Source of the DNA: Gemmatimonadales bacterium
GTDB lineage: Bacteria > Gemmatimonadota > Gemmatimonadetes > Palauibacterales > Palauibacteraceae
NCBI GenBank assembly: GCA_030636765.1
Contig: DAOVWI010000003.1
Span: 1 to 43,932, forward strand
Reading direction: 5' to 3'
Length of the DNA stretch: 43,932 nucleotides
Shown: piece after piece, positions 18,568-28,162 of the stretch
How the letters are laid out: every line of letters begins with the position of its first letter
Position numbering within the stretch: position 1 is the first letter of the stretch
Notes under the pieces: model-generated
Databases searched by the model: none
What the model was told of the DNA's origin: nothing
Seen by the model: only the letters and a program-made list of their open reading frames with translations
Program-made: the position numbers and the translations under genes

Positions 18568-19857
18568 CTAGACCGCTTCGAGGAGTGCTATGTGGCCGAG
18601 CCCGCCCGCCGCGCAGATGCTCACGATGGCCCGGGAGCCGGCCGGCAGATCGGCCAGCTCGAGCACGGCCTGGGAGAGCAGACGAGCGCCGGTGGCCGCG
18701 AACGGGTGGCCGAGGGCCAGGCTCCCGCCGTTAGGGTTCATCCGGTCGATCGGGAACCGGCCCAGGTCGCCCTCCACGCCCGCTCGCTCCCGCAGCCACG
18801 TGTCGTCCTCCAGGGCTCGCAGGGTGCATAACACCTGGGCGGCAAACGCCTCGTGGATCTCCCAAAGGTCGATGTCCTCGTAGCCTAGGCCGTGCCGCGT
18901 GAGGAGCCGGGGGATGGCGATCGCCGGCGCCATGAGGAGCCCGTCTCGGGCGATGTCCACCGCCGCCTGCTCCCAGTCGAGGAGCTGCGCGCGGGCCACC
19001 TCTTCGCTCAGTCGGGACAGACCCTCCTCGCTCGCCACCCAGCATGCCGCGGCCCCGTCGGTGAGCGGCGTGGAGTTGCCGGCCGTGAGCGTGCCGTCTT
19101 CCCCGAAGGCGGGCCTCAGGTCCGCGAGACGGTCGAGCGACGTATCGCCGCGAGGGATCGTGTCCGCGTCGATCGGAAACGTGCCCGGCGAGACCAGCAG
19201 CTTCCGGAAGAAGCCCTTTTCCGCCGCGGAGACGGCCCGACGGTGGCTGGTGAGGGCGAACCGGTCCTGCTCCTCGCGGGAGATGTTCCAGACCCTGGCC
19301 ATCTCCTCGGCATGCTGGCCCATGGTCTTGCCGGTTTTCCGTTCCTTCGCCTGCGGGACCGAGATCCGGACGTCCGAGGCCCGGACACCGGCGAGGGTGC
19401 GCATGATGGCGCCGGCCCCCCGGGCGGCGGCCGCTCGGCGGATCGTCCGGCTCAGTGCCTTCGAGAGCCCGACCTGCGTGAAGCTCATCGACTCCACGCC
19501 CCCGCAAAGAACGAGGTCGGCTCGGCCGACCCGCACCTGCGCGGCGGCGTACGTGGCGGCGGCGAGGCTGGTCGCGCACTGCTGGACGATCGTGAGGGCC
19601 GGTACCTGCTGGTCGAGCGCGGCATCGAGCCACACCTCCCGCCCCCAGTTGCTCACCGCCAGGACGGGGATCACCGAGCCCCAGATGGCGAGATCGACGT
19701 CCCGGTCGCGGCCGGGGCCCACGCCCCTATCGCCCACGACGGTCTGCTGCGTAACCGGCACGGAAAGCTCCAGGGCGTCCAGGGCCTCGACCCCGCGATC
19801 GATGCGAGCGAACGGGCTGCGCAGACCCTGTACGATGTAGGCGGTCTTGCTTGGCAT
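18568..19857 (-). CDS. Acetyl-CoA C-acyltransferase (thiolase, FadI-like)
   Basis: Starts MPSKTAYIVQGLRSPF after GAGGAGG. Catalytic QQCATS, HEAFA, GHPFAATG and CAAGG. Confidence 0.92.
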   Translation of the reverse strand: MPSKTAYIVQGLRSPFARIDRGVEALDALELSVPVTQQTVVGDRGVGPGRDRDVDLAIWGSVIPVLAVSNWGREVWLDAALDQQVPALTIVQQCATSLAAATYAAAQVRVGRADLVLCGGVESMSFTQVGLSKALSRTIRRAAAARGAGAIMRTLAGVRASDVRISVPQAKERKTGKTMGQHAEEMARVWNISREEQDRFALTSHRRAVSAAEKGFFRKLLVSPGTFPIDADTIPRGDTSLDRLADLRPAFGEDGTLTAGNSTPLTDGAAACWVASEEGLSRLSEEVARAQLLDWEQAAVDIARDGLLMAPAIAIPRLLTRHGLGYEDIDLWEIHEAFAAQVLCTLRALEDDTWLRERAGVEGDLGRFPIDRMNPNGGSLALGHPFAATGARLLSQAVLELADLPAGSRAIVSICAAGGLGHIALLEAV

Positions 19858-20037
19858 GGCCTCCTCTCGGCTGGCGGGGACTCGAGTCTCGGTGCAAGAT
19901 GCACGGCGCGCCGACCGCGTCGCAACGCGCCAAAGCCGGACGAGCGAGCTTGGACCAGGAGCGACACGAGGGACTTGGGGCGGGACGGAATAGAGGATCC
20001 GGTGGAACGGAATGAACGATCCGACGAGCGAGAGCGC

Positions 20038-21549
20038 ATGAGCCCCCCCGGCGCTCCGGACACCGCGGGACACCGCGCCGCACGCCCCCCGCGGGTGCGC
20101 TTCGCGCCGAGCCCGACGGGCCACCTGCACGTGGGAGGCGCCCGTACCGCTCTGTTCAACTACCTCTTCGCCCGGAACGCCGGCGGTACGTTCGTGCTGC
20201 GAATCGAGGACACGGACCGGGCGCGTTCGAGCGACGAGATGACGCGCTCGATCCTCGACGCGATGGAGTGGCTCGGCCTGGATTTCGACGAGGGTCCGTA
20301 CCATCAGGCCGACGGACTCGAGCGCCACCGCGCCGACGCGCATCGGCTCCTCGAGCTGGGGGCGGCGTACCGCTGCTTCTGTCCGCCGCCGCCGGGCAGA
20401 GCGGGCAGGCCCGACGCCGCGGGATGCGGCTGCGCGACCCTGTCGCGGGCCGAGGAGAAGACGCGGGCCGCAGCCGGGGAGGCGTTCGCCCTGCGCTTTC
20501 GGGTTCCGGAGGGCGAGACCGCATGGGACGACGCCGTCCACGGTCGCAGGGCCGTGGCGAACGAGCACGTACAGGACTTCGTGCTCCTCCGCTCCGATGG
20601 AACTCCGGTGTACAACCTGGCCGTCGTGTCGGACGACATCGAGATGGGCATCACGCTCGTTCTCCGCGGCGACGACCACCTGTCGAACACGCCGAAGCAG
20701 ATTCTCCTCTACCGGGCGCTCGGCGCGCCGCTTCCCACCTTCGCCCACGTGCCGATGATTCTCGGACCGGACGGCAGGCGCCTCTCCAAGCGTCACGGGG
20801 GGACGTCGGTGGAGGCCTACCGGGAGCAGGGGATCCTTCCGGAAGCCCTCTTCAACTTCCTTGCCCTCCTCGGCTGGTCTCCCGGCGACGACCGGGAGGT
20901 GATGGATCCCGGCGAGCTGATCGAGGCGTTCAGCCTGGGACGCATCCTGAAGAAGAGCGCGGTCTTCGATCCCGAGAAGCTCACATGGCTGAACCGGCAG
21001 CATATCGCGCGCATGCCAATCGACCGGCTCGTGGAGCTGGCGAGCGAGCCTCTGCGGGCGCTCGGGGTCCCGCTGACGGCGCTGGAGGAGCGGCCGGAGC
21101 GCGTGCGCGAGGTTCTCGACGTCGTGCGCGAGCGCGGGGTCACGGTGGAGGCCGTGGCCCTCCAGGCGGCCCCCTTCTTCCTGGAGGAGGTGGCCTACGA
21201 GGAGGCGGCGGTGGCGAAGTTCTGGAAGCGGCCGGCCGGGGCGGCGGAGCTGCTGCGTGCGGCGCGGGACCGATTGGCCGAAGTGGCCTCGTTCGAGCCA
21301 GATGCTCTGGAGCATGCTATCAGACAACTTGCTGCAGACAAAGACGTTGGGGCTGGAAAGATAATCCATCCTCTCAGGGTAGCGCAGATGGGAACGAGCG
21401 TCAGTCCCGGGATCTTCGTCGTGCTCTCCCTGATGGGTCGCCAGCGAGCGCTGGAGCGGATCGATCGGGCGCTCGGCTACCTGGACGCGATGGCCGCCAC
21501 GGAGGGGACGGGCGCAGAGGACGAGGCAGCGGGCGCGGAGGCCGAGTGA
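20038..21549 (+). CDS. gltX: Glutamate--tRNA ligase
   Basis: RVRFAPSPTGHLHVGGARTAL (HIGH), LRIEDTD, RGDDHLSNT, RLSKR (KMSKS) and an anticodon-binding domain. Confidence 0.95.
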   Translation: MSPPGAPDTAGHRAARPPRVRFAPSPTGHLHVGGARTALFNYLFARNAGGTFVLRIEDTDRARSSDEMTRSILDAMEWLGLDFDEGPYHQADGLERHRADAHRLLELGAAYRCFCPPPPGRAGRPDAAGCGCATLSRAEEKTRAAAGEAFALRFRVPEGETAWDDAVHGRRAVANEHVQDFVLLRSDGTPVYNLAVVSDDIEMGITLVLRGDDHLSNTPKQILLYRALGAPLPTFAHVPMILGPDGRRLSKRHGGTSVEAYREQGILPEALFNFLALLGWSPGDDREVMDPGELIEAFSLGRILKKSAVFDPEKLTWLNRQHIARMPIDRLVELASEPLRALGVPLTALEERPERVREVLDVVRERGVTVEAVALQAAPFFLEEVAYEEAAVAKFWKRPAGAAELLRAARDRLAEVASFEPDALEHAIRQLAADKDVGAGKIIHPLRVAQMGTSVSPGIFVVLSLMGRQRALERIDRALGYLDAMAATEGTGAEDEAAGAEAE

Positions 21550-21992
21550 TCGAGGAGCGGTGGATGCGGCGGGCGCTCGAGCTCGCGGAGGAGGCCGGAC
21601 GGCTCGGCGAGGTTCCGGTGGGAGCCATCGTCGTCGCGGAGGACGGGTCCGCGTTCGAGGCGCACAATCGAACGAGGGAGCTCTCCGATCCAACGGCTCA
21701 CGCCGAGGTGCTGGCGCTGCGCGAAGCCGCCGCGTCCGTGGGCGATTGGCGGCTCACCGGGCACACGCTCTACGTGAGCCTCGAGCCGTGCGCGATGTGC
21801 GCCGGCGCGATCGTCCTCGCCCGCGTACCGTGCCTCGTGTTCGGCGCGGCCGACCCGAAGGCGGGCATGTGCGGCTCGCTCGGAAGCCTCGTTCAGGATC
21901 CCCGCCTCAACCACCGCGTCGAGCTGCTGGGGGGGCTGCTGGCCGACGAGGCGGGCGAGCTCTTAAGGCGCTTCTTCCGCCAGCGGCGCTAG
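21546..21992 (+). CDS. tadA: tRNA adenosine(34) deaminase
   Basis: GEVPVGAIVV, DPTAHAEV, LEPCAMCAGA, FGAADPKAG, LLRRFFRQRR. GTG overlaps the gltX stop. Confidence 0.93.
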   Translation: MIEERWMRRALELAEEAGRLGEVPVGAIVVAEDGSAFEAHNRTRELSDPTAHAEVLALREAAASVGDWRLTGHTLYVSLEPCAMCAGAIVLARVPCLVFGAADPKAGMCGSLGSLVQDPRLNHRVELLGGLLADEAGELLRRFFRQRR

Positions 21993-23929
21993 AGGCTCGG
22001 CTCGGCGCTCGGCCGGCCGACGAAGCGCACGAGCGCGAACAGGATCCCCGCTCCGAGGAGATACGAGATCCCCGGATGCATCCCGAAGGCCGTGGGCAGA
22101 TTGCCCACGGCGAGCGCTGTAGCGGCCACGACCAGGGCATACGGGAGCTGGGTCCGCACGTGGTCCACGTGGTCACACGCGGACGCGAGCGAGCTCATCA
22201 CGGTCGTGTCCGAGATCGGCGAGCAGTGGTCTCCGAAGATGGACCCGGCGAGGATCGAAGCGATCGCGCCCAGGGTCAGCGTGTAGTGCCCTCCGGACTC
22301 GAAGCCGATGCCGCCTCCGAGCGCCACCGAGAGCGGGACCACGATCGGAAAGAGGATCGCCATGGTGGCCCACGAGGTACCGGTGGCGAACGCGATCACC
22401 GACGCGATCACGAAGACGAGTGCGGGCAGGAGCTGCGGAAGCAGGTTCTCGCTCAGCACCTGGGTCACATAGGCCGCCGTCCCGAGCACGGACGTCACCT
22501 CGCCGAGCGACCACGCGAGCGTGAGGATGACGGCCGCGAGCATCATCGCCTTGAGCCCGCCGAGCCACGCGCTGATCGCCTCCCCCGCCGGAAGGATCTG
22601 CTGACCGACGGCCAGCGCGAACGCCGTCAGGCACCCCGCCAGGGAGCCCCAGAGCAGGGCCTTGAACGGGTCGGCCGCTCCGAACACGTCCCATAGGGAC
22701 CCATCTCCGGCCGCCGCCAGGCCATCGAAGTAGAGTCCCAAGAGAACCACGAGGACCACGGTCAGCACGGGCACGGCCGCGTTGTACCACCGCGGCGGCT
22801 TTCCCTCCGGAGGCGTCATCTCCAGGGCGGTGGTGTCGACCATGAGCTCGGCGCCTTCACGGTAGAGGCCATCCCCGCGGCGGGCACGACGCTCCGCGCC
22901 GAGCATCGGGCCGAAGTCCCGTTGGGTCAGGACGAGCAGCCCGACCATCAGGATGGCGAGGATCGGGTAAAAGAGGTACGGGATCGAGTGCAGAAAGACC
23001 GTGAACGGGCTCGCCGCCAAGAGCTCCGCCGCGACCTCGGGTGACGTGCCCGGCTGGGCCGCCGCGATCTCCAGCGCGTCGCGGATCAGCGAGATCTGAA
23101 AGCCGACCCAGGTCGACACGAACACGATCGCCGCCACGGGGGCTGCCGTGGAGTCGACCAGGTACGCGAGCTTCTCCCGGGAGACTCTCACGCGGTCGGT
23201 GATCGGACGGAAGGTGTGTCCGACGATCAGGGTGTTGGCGTAGTCGTCGAAGAAGATGGCGAGACCGGCGAGCCACGTGGCGAGCTGCGCCCGGCGCGGC
23301 GACCCGGACAGCGGCCGGAGCGCGTCCACGATCCCCTGCGTGCCGCCGCTCCGTCCCATGATCCCGACCATGCCGCCGAGAAGGAGGGAGAAAACGAGGA
23401 TCGAGGCGTGGCCACTGTTCGCCAGCGCCGGGACGATGAAGCGGTCGATGGACCTCCAGAGCGCGGCCAGCGGGTTCAGGCCCGCGAAAAAGAACGCGCC
23501 CAGCCAGACGCCGAGAAAGAGCGATATCACGACCTCGCGGATGAGCATGGCCAGAAGAATCGCCACCAGGGGAGGGAGCAGGCTGACCCAGCCGGGCAGC
23601 CACCGGATGTCGATGGCCTGCGAGGTGGCGGCGTACTCGAGCTGGAGCGGCAGGTCGCCTCCACCGGCCAGGAGGAGGCCTCCGATCGTCCTCTCCTCGC
23701 CGGGCTCGAGCCGCCCGGAGGCCAGATCGTCGCCCCGCGCCGTGCGGAGGAGGAAATCCACCGGCGCGCCCTCCTCGGGAACGCGGAGCGTGAGTGAGAG
23801 CGGCACGCCGGAGAGAGCGATGGAGGGTGCATCGATCAGGATCTCGGGAGGTTCTTGGGCGGTCGCCGGGCCGGCAAGCGGGCCGGCGCCGAGGCTCAGG
23901 GCGATGAGAGGAAGCGCAAGGCGAATCAT
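21989..23929 (-). CDS. Na+/H+ antiporter NhaC family protein
   Basis: SLLPPLVAI, IFFDDYAN, SREKLAYLVDSTAAP, FATGTSW, GDHCSPISDTT, HVRTQLPYA; N-terminal signal peptide and soluble extension. Confidence 0.92.
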   Translation of the reverse strand: MIRLALPLIALSLGAGPLAGPATAQEPPEILIDAPSIALSGVPLSLTLRVPEEGAPVDFLLRTARGDDLASGRLEPGEERTIGGLLLAGGGDLPLQLEYAATSQAIDIRWLPGWVSLLPPLVAILLAMLIREVVISLFLGVWLGAFFFAGLNPLAALWRSIDRFIVPALANSGHASILVFSLLLGGMVGIMGRSGGTQGIVDALRPLSGSPRRAQLATWLAGLAIFFDDYANTLIVGHTFRPITDRVRVSREKLAYLVDSTAAPVAAIVFVSTWVGFQISLIRDALEIAAAQPGTSPEVAAELLAASPFTVFLHSIPYLFYPILAILMVGLLVLTQRDFGPMLGAERRARRGDGLYREGAELMVDTTALEMTPPEGKPPRWYNAAVPVLTVVLVVLLGLYFDGLAAAGDGSLWDVFGAADPFKALLWGSLAGCLTAFALAVGQQILPAGEAISAWLGGLKAMMLAAVILTLAWSLGEVTSVLGTAAYVTQVLSENLLPQLLPALVFVIASVIAFATGTSWATMAILFPIVVPLSVALGGGIGFESGGHYTLTLGAIASILAGSIFGDHCSPISDTTVMSSLASACDHVDHVRTQLPYALVVAATALAVGNLPTAFGMHPGISYLLGAGILFALVRFVGRPSAEPSL

Positions 23930-23935
23930 CGCGCC

Positions 23936-23964
23936 AAGCTAGAGGGGGCCGAGATGGTCGACAA
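23936..23964 (-). promoter_or_regulatory. Putative promoter for a leaderless nhaC transcript
   Basis: Minus strand: TTGTCG, 17 bp, TAGCTT, 6 nt, ATG (23929). No Shine-Dalgarno. Confidence 0.55.
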
Positions 23965-23972
23965 GCAGCACG

Positions 23973-24001
23973 TTGATCGGTCTCCAGCGGCTACGTATAC
24001 T
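23973..24001 (+). promoter_or_regulatory. Putative sigma70 promoter of the pyr operon
   Basis: TTGATC (23973-23978), 17 bp, TATACT (23996-24001), 80 bp upstream of pyrR. Confidence 0.65.
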
Positions 24002-24081
24002 GCGGCTCGACGGCTTTTTCTCCGTCAGGGCGTCGAAGCATTACACCGAAGAGGAGTCACGCCATAGCGGCGAAATCGAGC

Positions 24082-24639
24082 ATGTCGGTGGCTTCCGGGA
24101 CCGAGGTGCTCCTGGACCGGGAGCAGACGGACGTGACGCTCCGGGACCTCGCACGCCAGATTCTGGAGCGAGAGCCGGAGACGGGCGACCTGCTGCTCAT
24201 CGGCATCCGCCGCCGCGGCGTCGAGCTGGCGGAGCGCCTGGCGGCGCACATCGAGAGGCAGAGCGGCGCCCGGATACCGACCGGCTCCCTCGACATCACG
24301 CTGTACCGCGACGACTTCCACCAGATCGGCCCGAAGCCCGTGATCGGTTCCACCGAGCTCCCGGTCGAGATCACGGGCCGGCGGGTCGTGATCGTCGATG
24401 ACGTGCTTCACACGGGCCGCACCATAAGGGCGGCGCTGAACGAGCTGGCCGACTTCGGGCGGCCGCGCCGCGTCGAGCTCTGCGTGCTCGTGGACCGTGG
24501 CGGCCGGGAGCTGCCGATCCAGCCCGACTACGTGGGCCGTAGCTTCGAGGTGCGGGCGGGCCAGGAGATCGCCGTGAGCGTGCGGGGCCTGGACGGAGAG
24601 CTGCTCGTTCGGCGGGTGCCGGTCGCGGGAGTCCGATGA
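24082..24639 (+). CDS. pyrR: Bifunctional pyr operon regulator / uracil phosphoribosyltransferase
   Basis: [47 protein letters not shown]. Confidence 0.95.
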   Translation: MSVASGTEVLLDREQTDVTLRDLARQILEREPETGDLLLIGIRRRGVELAERLAAHIERQSGARIPTGSLDITLYRDDFHQIGPKPVIGSTELPVEITGRRVVIVDDVLHTGRTIRAALNELADFGRPRRVELCVLVDRGGRELPIQPDYVGRSFEVRAGQEIAVSVRGLDGELLVRRVPVAGVR

Positions 24640-25670
24640 GCGCGTCCCGCGGGGATCCGGTGAGCGCGGGCCGCGGGGGCTCGGCGAGCGCCGCCCGCGC
24701 GAACGGAGGCTCGGGCGGGCTCGGTCTGGGCAAGGACCTCACGGGGCTCGAGTCCCTCACCGGGGCGCAGATCGAGGCGATCCTCGACACGGCCGAGCCG
24801 TTCAAGGAGATCAGCGAGCGCCGCATCAAGAAGGTGCCCGTCCTTCGGGGCAAGACGATCGTGAACCTCTTCTTCGAGCCCTCGACCCGAACGCGCATCT
24901 CCTTCGAGTTCGCCGAGAAGCGACTGAGCGCCGACACGGTGTACATTGGGGCGTCCGACTCCTCCGTGGAGAAGGGTGAGAGCCTCGTGGACACGGCCCG
25001 CAACCTCGAGGCGATGCGGATCGACATGGTGGTGATCCGGCACGGCTCCTCCGGCGCGGCCGCGTTTCTCGCCGATCGCATCCCGTCCAACGTCGTGAAC
25101 GCGGGAGACGGCCAGCACGAGCACCCGACGCAGGGGCTGCTCGACCTCCTGACGATCCGCGATCGGTTCGGCTCGCTCGCCGGTCGGCGGGTGTGCATCA
25201 TCGGCGACATCCTCCACTCGCGCGTCGCCCGCTCCAACATCTGGGGTCTCCTCGCCTGCGGAGCGGAGGTCGCCGTGTGCGGGCCGAAGACCCTCATCCC
25301 GCTCGGCATCGAGGAGCTGGGCGTGACGGTTCTGTCGCGACTGGAGGAGGCGATCGAGTGGGCCGACGTGCTGTACGTTCTCCGGCTGCAGCTCGAGCGG
25401 ATGAGCGCGGGATTCGTCCCGTCCTTGCGCGAGTACAACCGCGTCTTCGGTGTGAGCCGAGCCCGGCTGGAGCGAGCACCGAGGGAGATGGTGGTGCTGC
25501 ACCCCGGGCCGATGAACCGCGGGGTCGAGATCGACTCGGACGTGGCCGACGGCCCCTGGTCGCTCATTCTTCCCCAGGTCACAAACGGTGTGGCCGTGCG
25601 GATGGCCGTCCTCTACCTGCTCGCGGGCGGCGCTCCCGAGCTGGCCGAGGCCGCCAAGGAGGGCGCGTGA
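24636..25670 (+). CDS. pyrB: Aspartate carbamoyltransferase catalytic subunit
   Basis: [58 protein letters not shown]. Confidence 0.96.
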   Translation: MSASRGDPVSAGRGGSASAARANGGSGGLGLGKDLTGLESLTGAQIEAILDTAEPFKEISERRIKKVPVLRGKTIVNLFFEPSTRTRISFEFAEKRLSADTVYIGASDSSVEKGESLVDTARNLEAMRIDMVVIRHGSSGAAAFLADRIPSNVVNAGDGQHEHPTQGLLDLLTIRDRFGSLAGRRVCIIGDILHSRVARSNIWGLLACGAEVAVCGPKTLIPLGIEELGVTVLSRLEEAIEWADVLYVLRLQLERMSAGFVPSLREYNRVFGVSRARLERAPREMVVLHPGPMNRGVEIDSDVADGPWSLILPQVTNGVAVRMAVLYLLAGGAPELAEAAKEGA

Positions 25671-27028
25671 GCAGACCGTTCCTGCTCACCGGCGGCCGCC
25701 TGGTGGATCCCTCTCAGGAGCTGGATGGCCCGGGCGACATCCTGGTACGCGACGGGCGGATAGAGGCGTGCGGCGACGGGATCGCCGGTCCGGAGGAAGC
25801 GGAGGTCGTGGACGTGGGCGGCCTCGTCGTCGCTCCCGGCTTCATCGATGTTCACGTTCACCTCCGGGAGCCGGGTGGGGAGCACAAGGAGACGATCGAA
25901 AGCGGAGCGCGGGCTGCCGCGGCCGGCGGCTTCACGACGGTGTGGACGATGCCGAACACGGATCCGCCGATCGACGATCCCGCGGCCGTAGGATACGTGA
26001 GGGCCGCCGGAGAGAGAGCCGAGGGAGCCCGGGTCTTTCCGATCGGCGCCGCCTCCTGCGGGCTGGCGGGCGAGCGGATGACCGAGGTGGGCGAGCTGGT
26101 CGCGGCGGGAGCCGTGGCTGTTTCGGACGACGGATGCCCGATCTGGGATGCCGACCTGCTGCGTCGCCTGCTCGAGTACACGCAGACCTTCGGCATCCCC
26201 GTCCTCCAGCATTCGGAGGACACGGCGCTCTCGCGGCACGGCGTGATGAACGAGGGGAAGGTGGCCACGGCGCTGGGTCTGCGCGGCAGCCCGAACGTGG
26301 CCGAGGCCGCCATGGTGGCGCGCGACTGCTACCTCGCCGAGCTCACGGGAGGCCACCTGCACGTGTGCCATGTGTCGACCCGTGAGGCGGTCGAGCAGAT
26401 CCGAAGGGCGAAGGATCGCGGCGCGCGGGTTACCGCGGAGGTCACGCCGCACCACCTGGCCCTCACGGAGGATGCGGTCCGCGGGTACCGGACCGAGGCG
26501 AAGATGAACCCTCCGCTTCGCACGCAAGAGGATCGGGAGGCCGTGACCCAGGCCCTCGTCGATGGCACGATCGACGTCATCGCGAGCGACCACGCGCCGC
26601 ACCATTACGAGGAGAAGGAGCGGGAGTTCGACGACGCGCCGTTCGGCGTCGTGGGTCTCGAGACGACGCTCGGGGTGGCGATGCGGGAGCTCGTCGAGCC
26701 GGGGAGGCTCACGCTATCGGGGCTCGTGGACCGGCTCTCGTGCGCGGCGGCCAGGACCATGGGTTTGGAGAGCGGCACATTGCGGCCGGGCAGCCCGGCC
26801 GACATTGTCGTCTTCGACCCCGAGGAGTGCTGGATCGTGGAGCCGTCGTCCTTCCTCTCCCGAGGCCGGAACACACCGTTCGCGGGTGTGGAGATGATAG
26901 GCCGCGTGCGGCACACGTGGGTGGGAGGCCGGTTGCGATACCGGCTGCCCAGGGAAGGGCAGGCTAGGAGCGGCGCGCTGGCAGCAGCGGGCTCGGAACC
27001 CATGAAGGGCAAGGTGTTCAGCCGATGA
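25667..27028 (+). CDS. pyrC: Dihydroorotase
   Basis: [49 protein letters not shown] 25667 overlaps the pyrB stop. Confidence 0.95.
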   Translation: MSRPFLLTGGRLVDPSQELDGPGDILVRDGRIEACGDGIAGPEEAEVVDVGGLVVAPGFIDVHVHLREPGGEHKETIESGARAAAAGGFTTVWTMPNTDPPIDDPAAVGYVRAAGERAEGARVFPIGAASCGLAGERMTEVGELVAAGAVAVSDDGCPIWDADLLRRLLEYTQTFGIPVLQHSEDTALSRHGVMNEGKVATALGLRGSPNVAEAAMVARDCYLAELTGGHLHVCHVSTREAVEQIRRAKDRGARVTAEVTPHHLALTEDAVRGYRTEAKMNPPLRTQEDREAVTQALVDGTIDVIASDHAPHHYEEKEREFDDAPFGVVGLETTLGVAMRELVEPGRLTLSGLVDRLSCAAARTMGLESGTLRPGSPADIVVFDPEECWIVEPSSFLSRGRNTPFAGVEMIGRVRHTWVGGRLRYRLPREGQARSGALAAAGSEPMKGKVFSR

Positions 27029-27759
27029 ACCAGAAGACTCGACCGGAACCGGTCATCCCGAAGGAGATCGTGCGGCTACTCGACCGGCGTGCCACGCTCG
27101 GCGGGTGGCTCGCCAAGCTGAACGAGTTGCGGGGGACCGTGCGCCCCGAGGTCTACGAGAAGGTTCGGGGCGACTACGAGGAGCGCCTCCGCGCCCAGGA
27201 AACGGAGCTGGCGGCGCACCGGTCCGACATGGAGGCGGCCCTGGCGGAGCGCCGCGCCCGGGTGCTTCAGCTCGAGGCCGATCGTGATGAGAGGGCCGCC
27301 GAGTTGGAGGAGGCGGAGCTTCGCTTCGCGGTCGGCGAGTTTAAGGAGGGCGAGTACGAGAAGCGCAAGGAGCAGCACGACCACACACTGGCCCAGCTGG
27401 ACGCCGAGCTCGAGGCCGATCGGGCGGCCCTGGCGAAGCTGGATGAGGTCGTTGGTGTGTTGAGTCGCCTGGGCGAAGAGACTCCCGGCGCCGAAACGGG
27501 CCCTCTCACGACGGAAGCGCTTCCGCCCGTGGCCGAGCCGCCGCCGCCCGTCGACCAGGAGCCCGATGCGGTCGAGTCAGCTGAAGCCGAGGCGGTGGAG
27601 GTGCTGCCCGAGAAGGCGCCGGCAGTCGCCGACGACGCGGACTACCTGGACGATCTGGAGTTTCTCGAGTCTCTCTCCCTGGACGACGCTACGGGCTTCG
27701 ACAGAATGTCGGCCCTGCTTGATGCAGAGGCCGAGAAGGAGGGGAATGCGGAGGCGTAG
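27025..27759 (+). CDS. Hypothetical coiled-coil protein with an acidic tail
   Basis: ATG overlaps the pyrC stop; host-like codon usage; long E/R/L/A-rich helical region. Confidence 0.75.
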   Translation: MNQKTRPEPVIPKEIVRLLDRRATLGGWLAKLNELRGTVRPEVYEKVRGDYEERLRAQETELAAHRSDMEAALAERRARVLQLEADRDERAAELEEAELRFAVGEFKEGEYEKRKEQHDHTLAQLDAELEADRAALAKLDEVVGVLSRLGEETPGAETGPLTTEALPPVAEPPPPVDQEPDAVESAEAEAVEVLPEKAPAVADDADYLDDLEFLESLSLDDATGFDRMSALLDAEAEKEGNAEA

Positions 27760-27807
27760 GGCCGGGGCGTCAGACCCGCCGGCGGGCGGGCCCCGGACGT
27801 TGGTTCC

Positions 27808-28065
27808 TCAGGCGGATAGCTGCCGGACGTGACGCGCGAGCCGGGCCTTTCGGCGAGCCGCCGTGTTCGGGTGGAAGATGTGCCGCGCGGCAGCCCGATC
27901 CAGCATCGTGTAGAGTTCGCGAAGGGCGGTCTGTGCCTCCTCGGCGGAATCCATCTCGAACAGCTTGCGCATCCGCGTCCTGATCGCGGACCTGGCAGCG
28001 CGATTGCGCTCCCGTCGCTTTATCGACTGGCGCAGCCGCTTAACGGCACTCCTTGAATTCGGCAC
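27808..28065 (-). CDS. rpsT: 30S ribosomal protein S20
   Basis: (M)PNSRSAVKRLRQSIKRRERNRAARSAIRT...LDRAAARHIFHPNTAARRKARL; GTG start at 28065. Confidence 0.95.
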   Translation of the reverse strand: MPNSRSAVKRLRQSIKRRERNRAARSAIRTRMRKLFEMDSAEEAQTALRELYTMLDRAAARHIFHPNTAARRKARLARHVRQLSA

Positions 28066-28162
28066 GTGGTCTATCCTTGTCGTCTGGGCTCGCGCCTCGA
28101 GGGCGGGCAAGAGAGCGGCAGATTATACGATTCCGGCGCAACGAGATCAAGAATACCTCCGG

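Noticed and set aside
18568-21693. Apparent 1041-aa thiolase fusion, 885-aa GluRS and 574-aa TadA
   Set aside because: The extensions are antisense or off-frame read-through of neighbouring genes. Motif-supported starts are 19857, 20038 and 21546.
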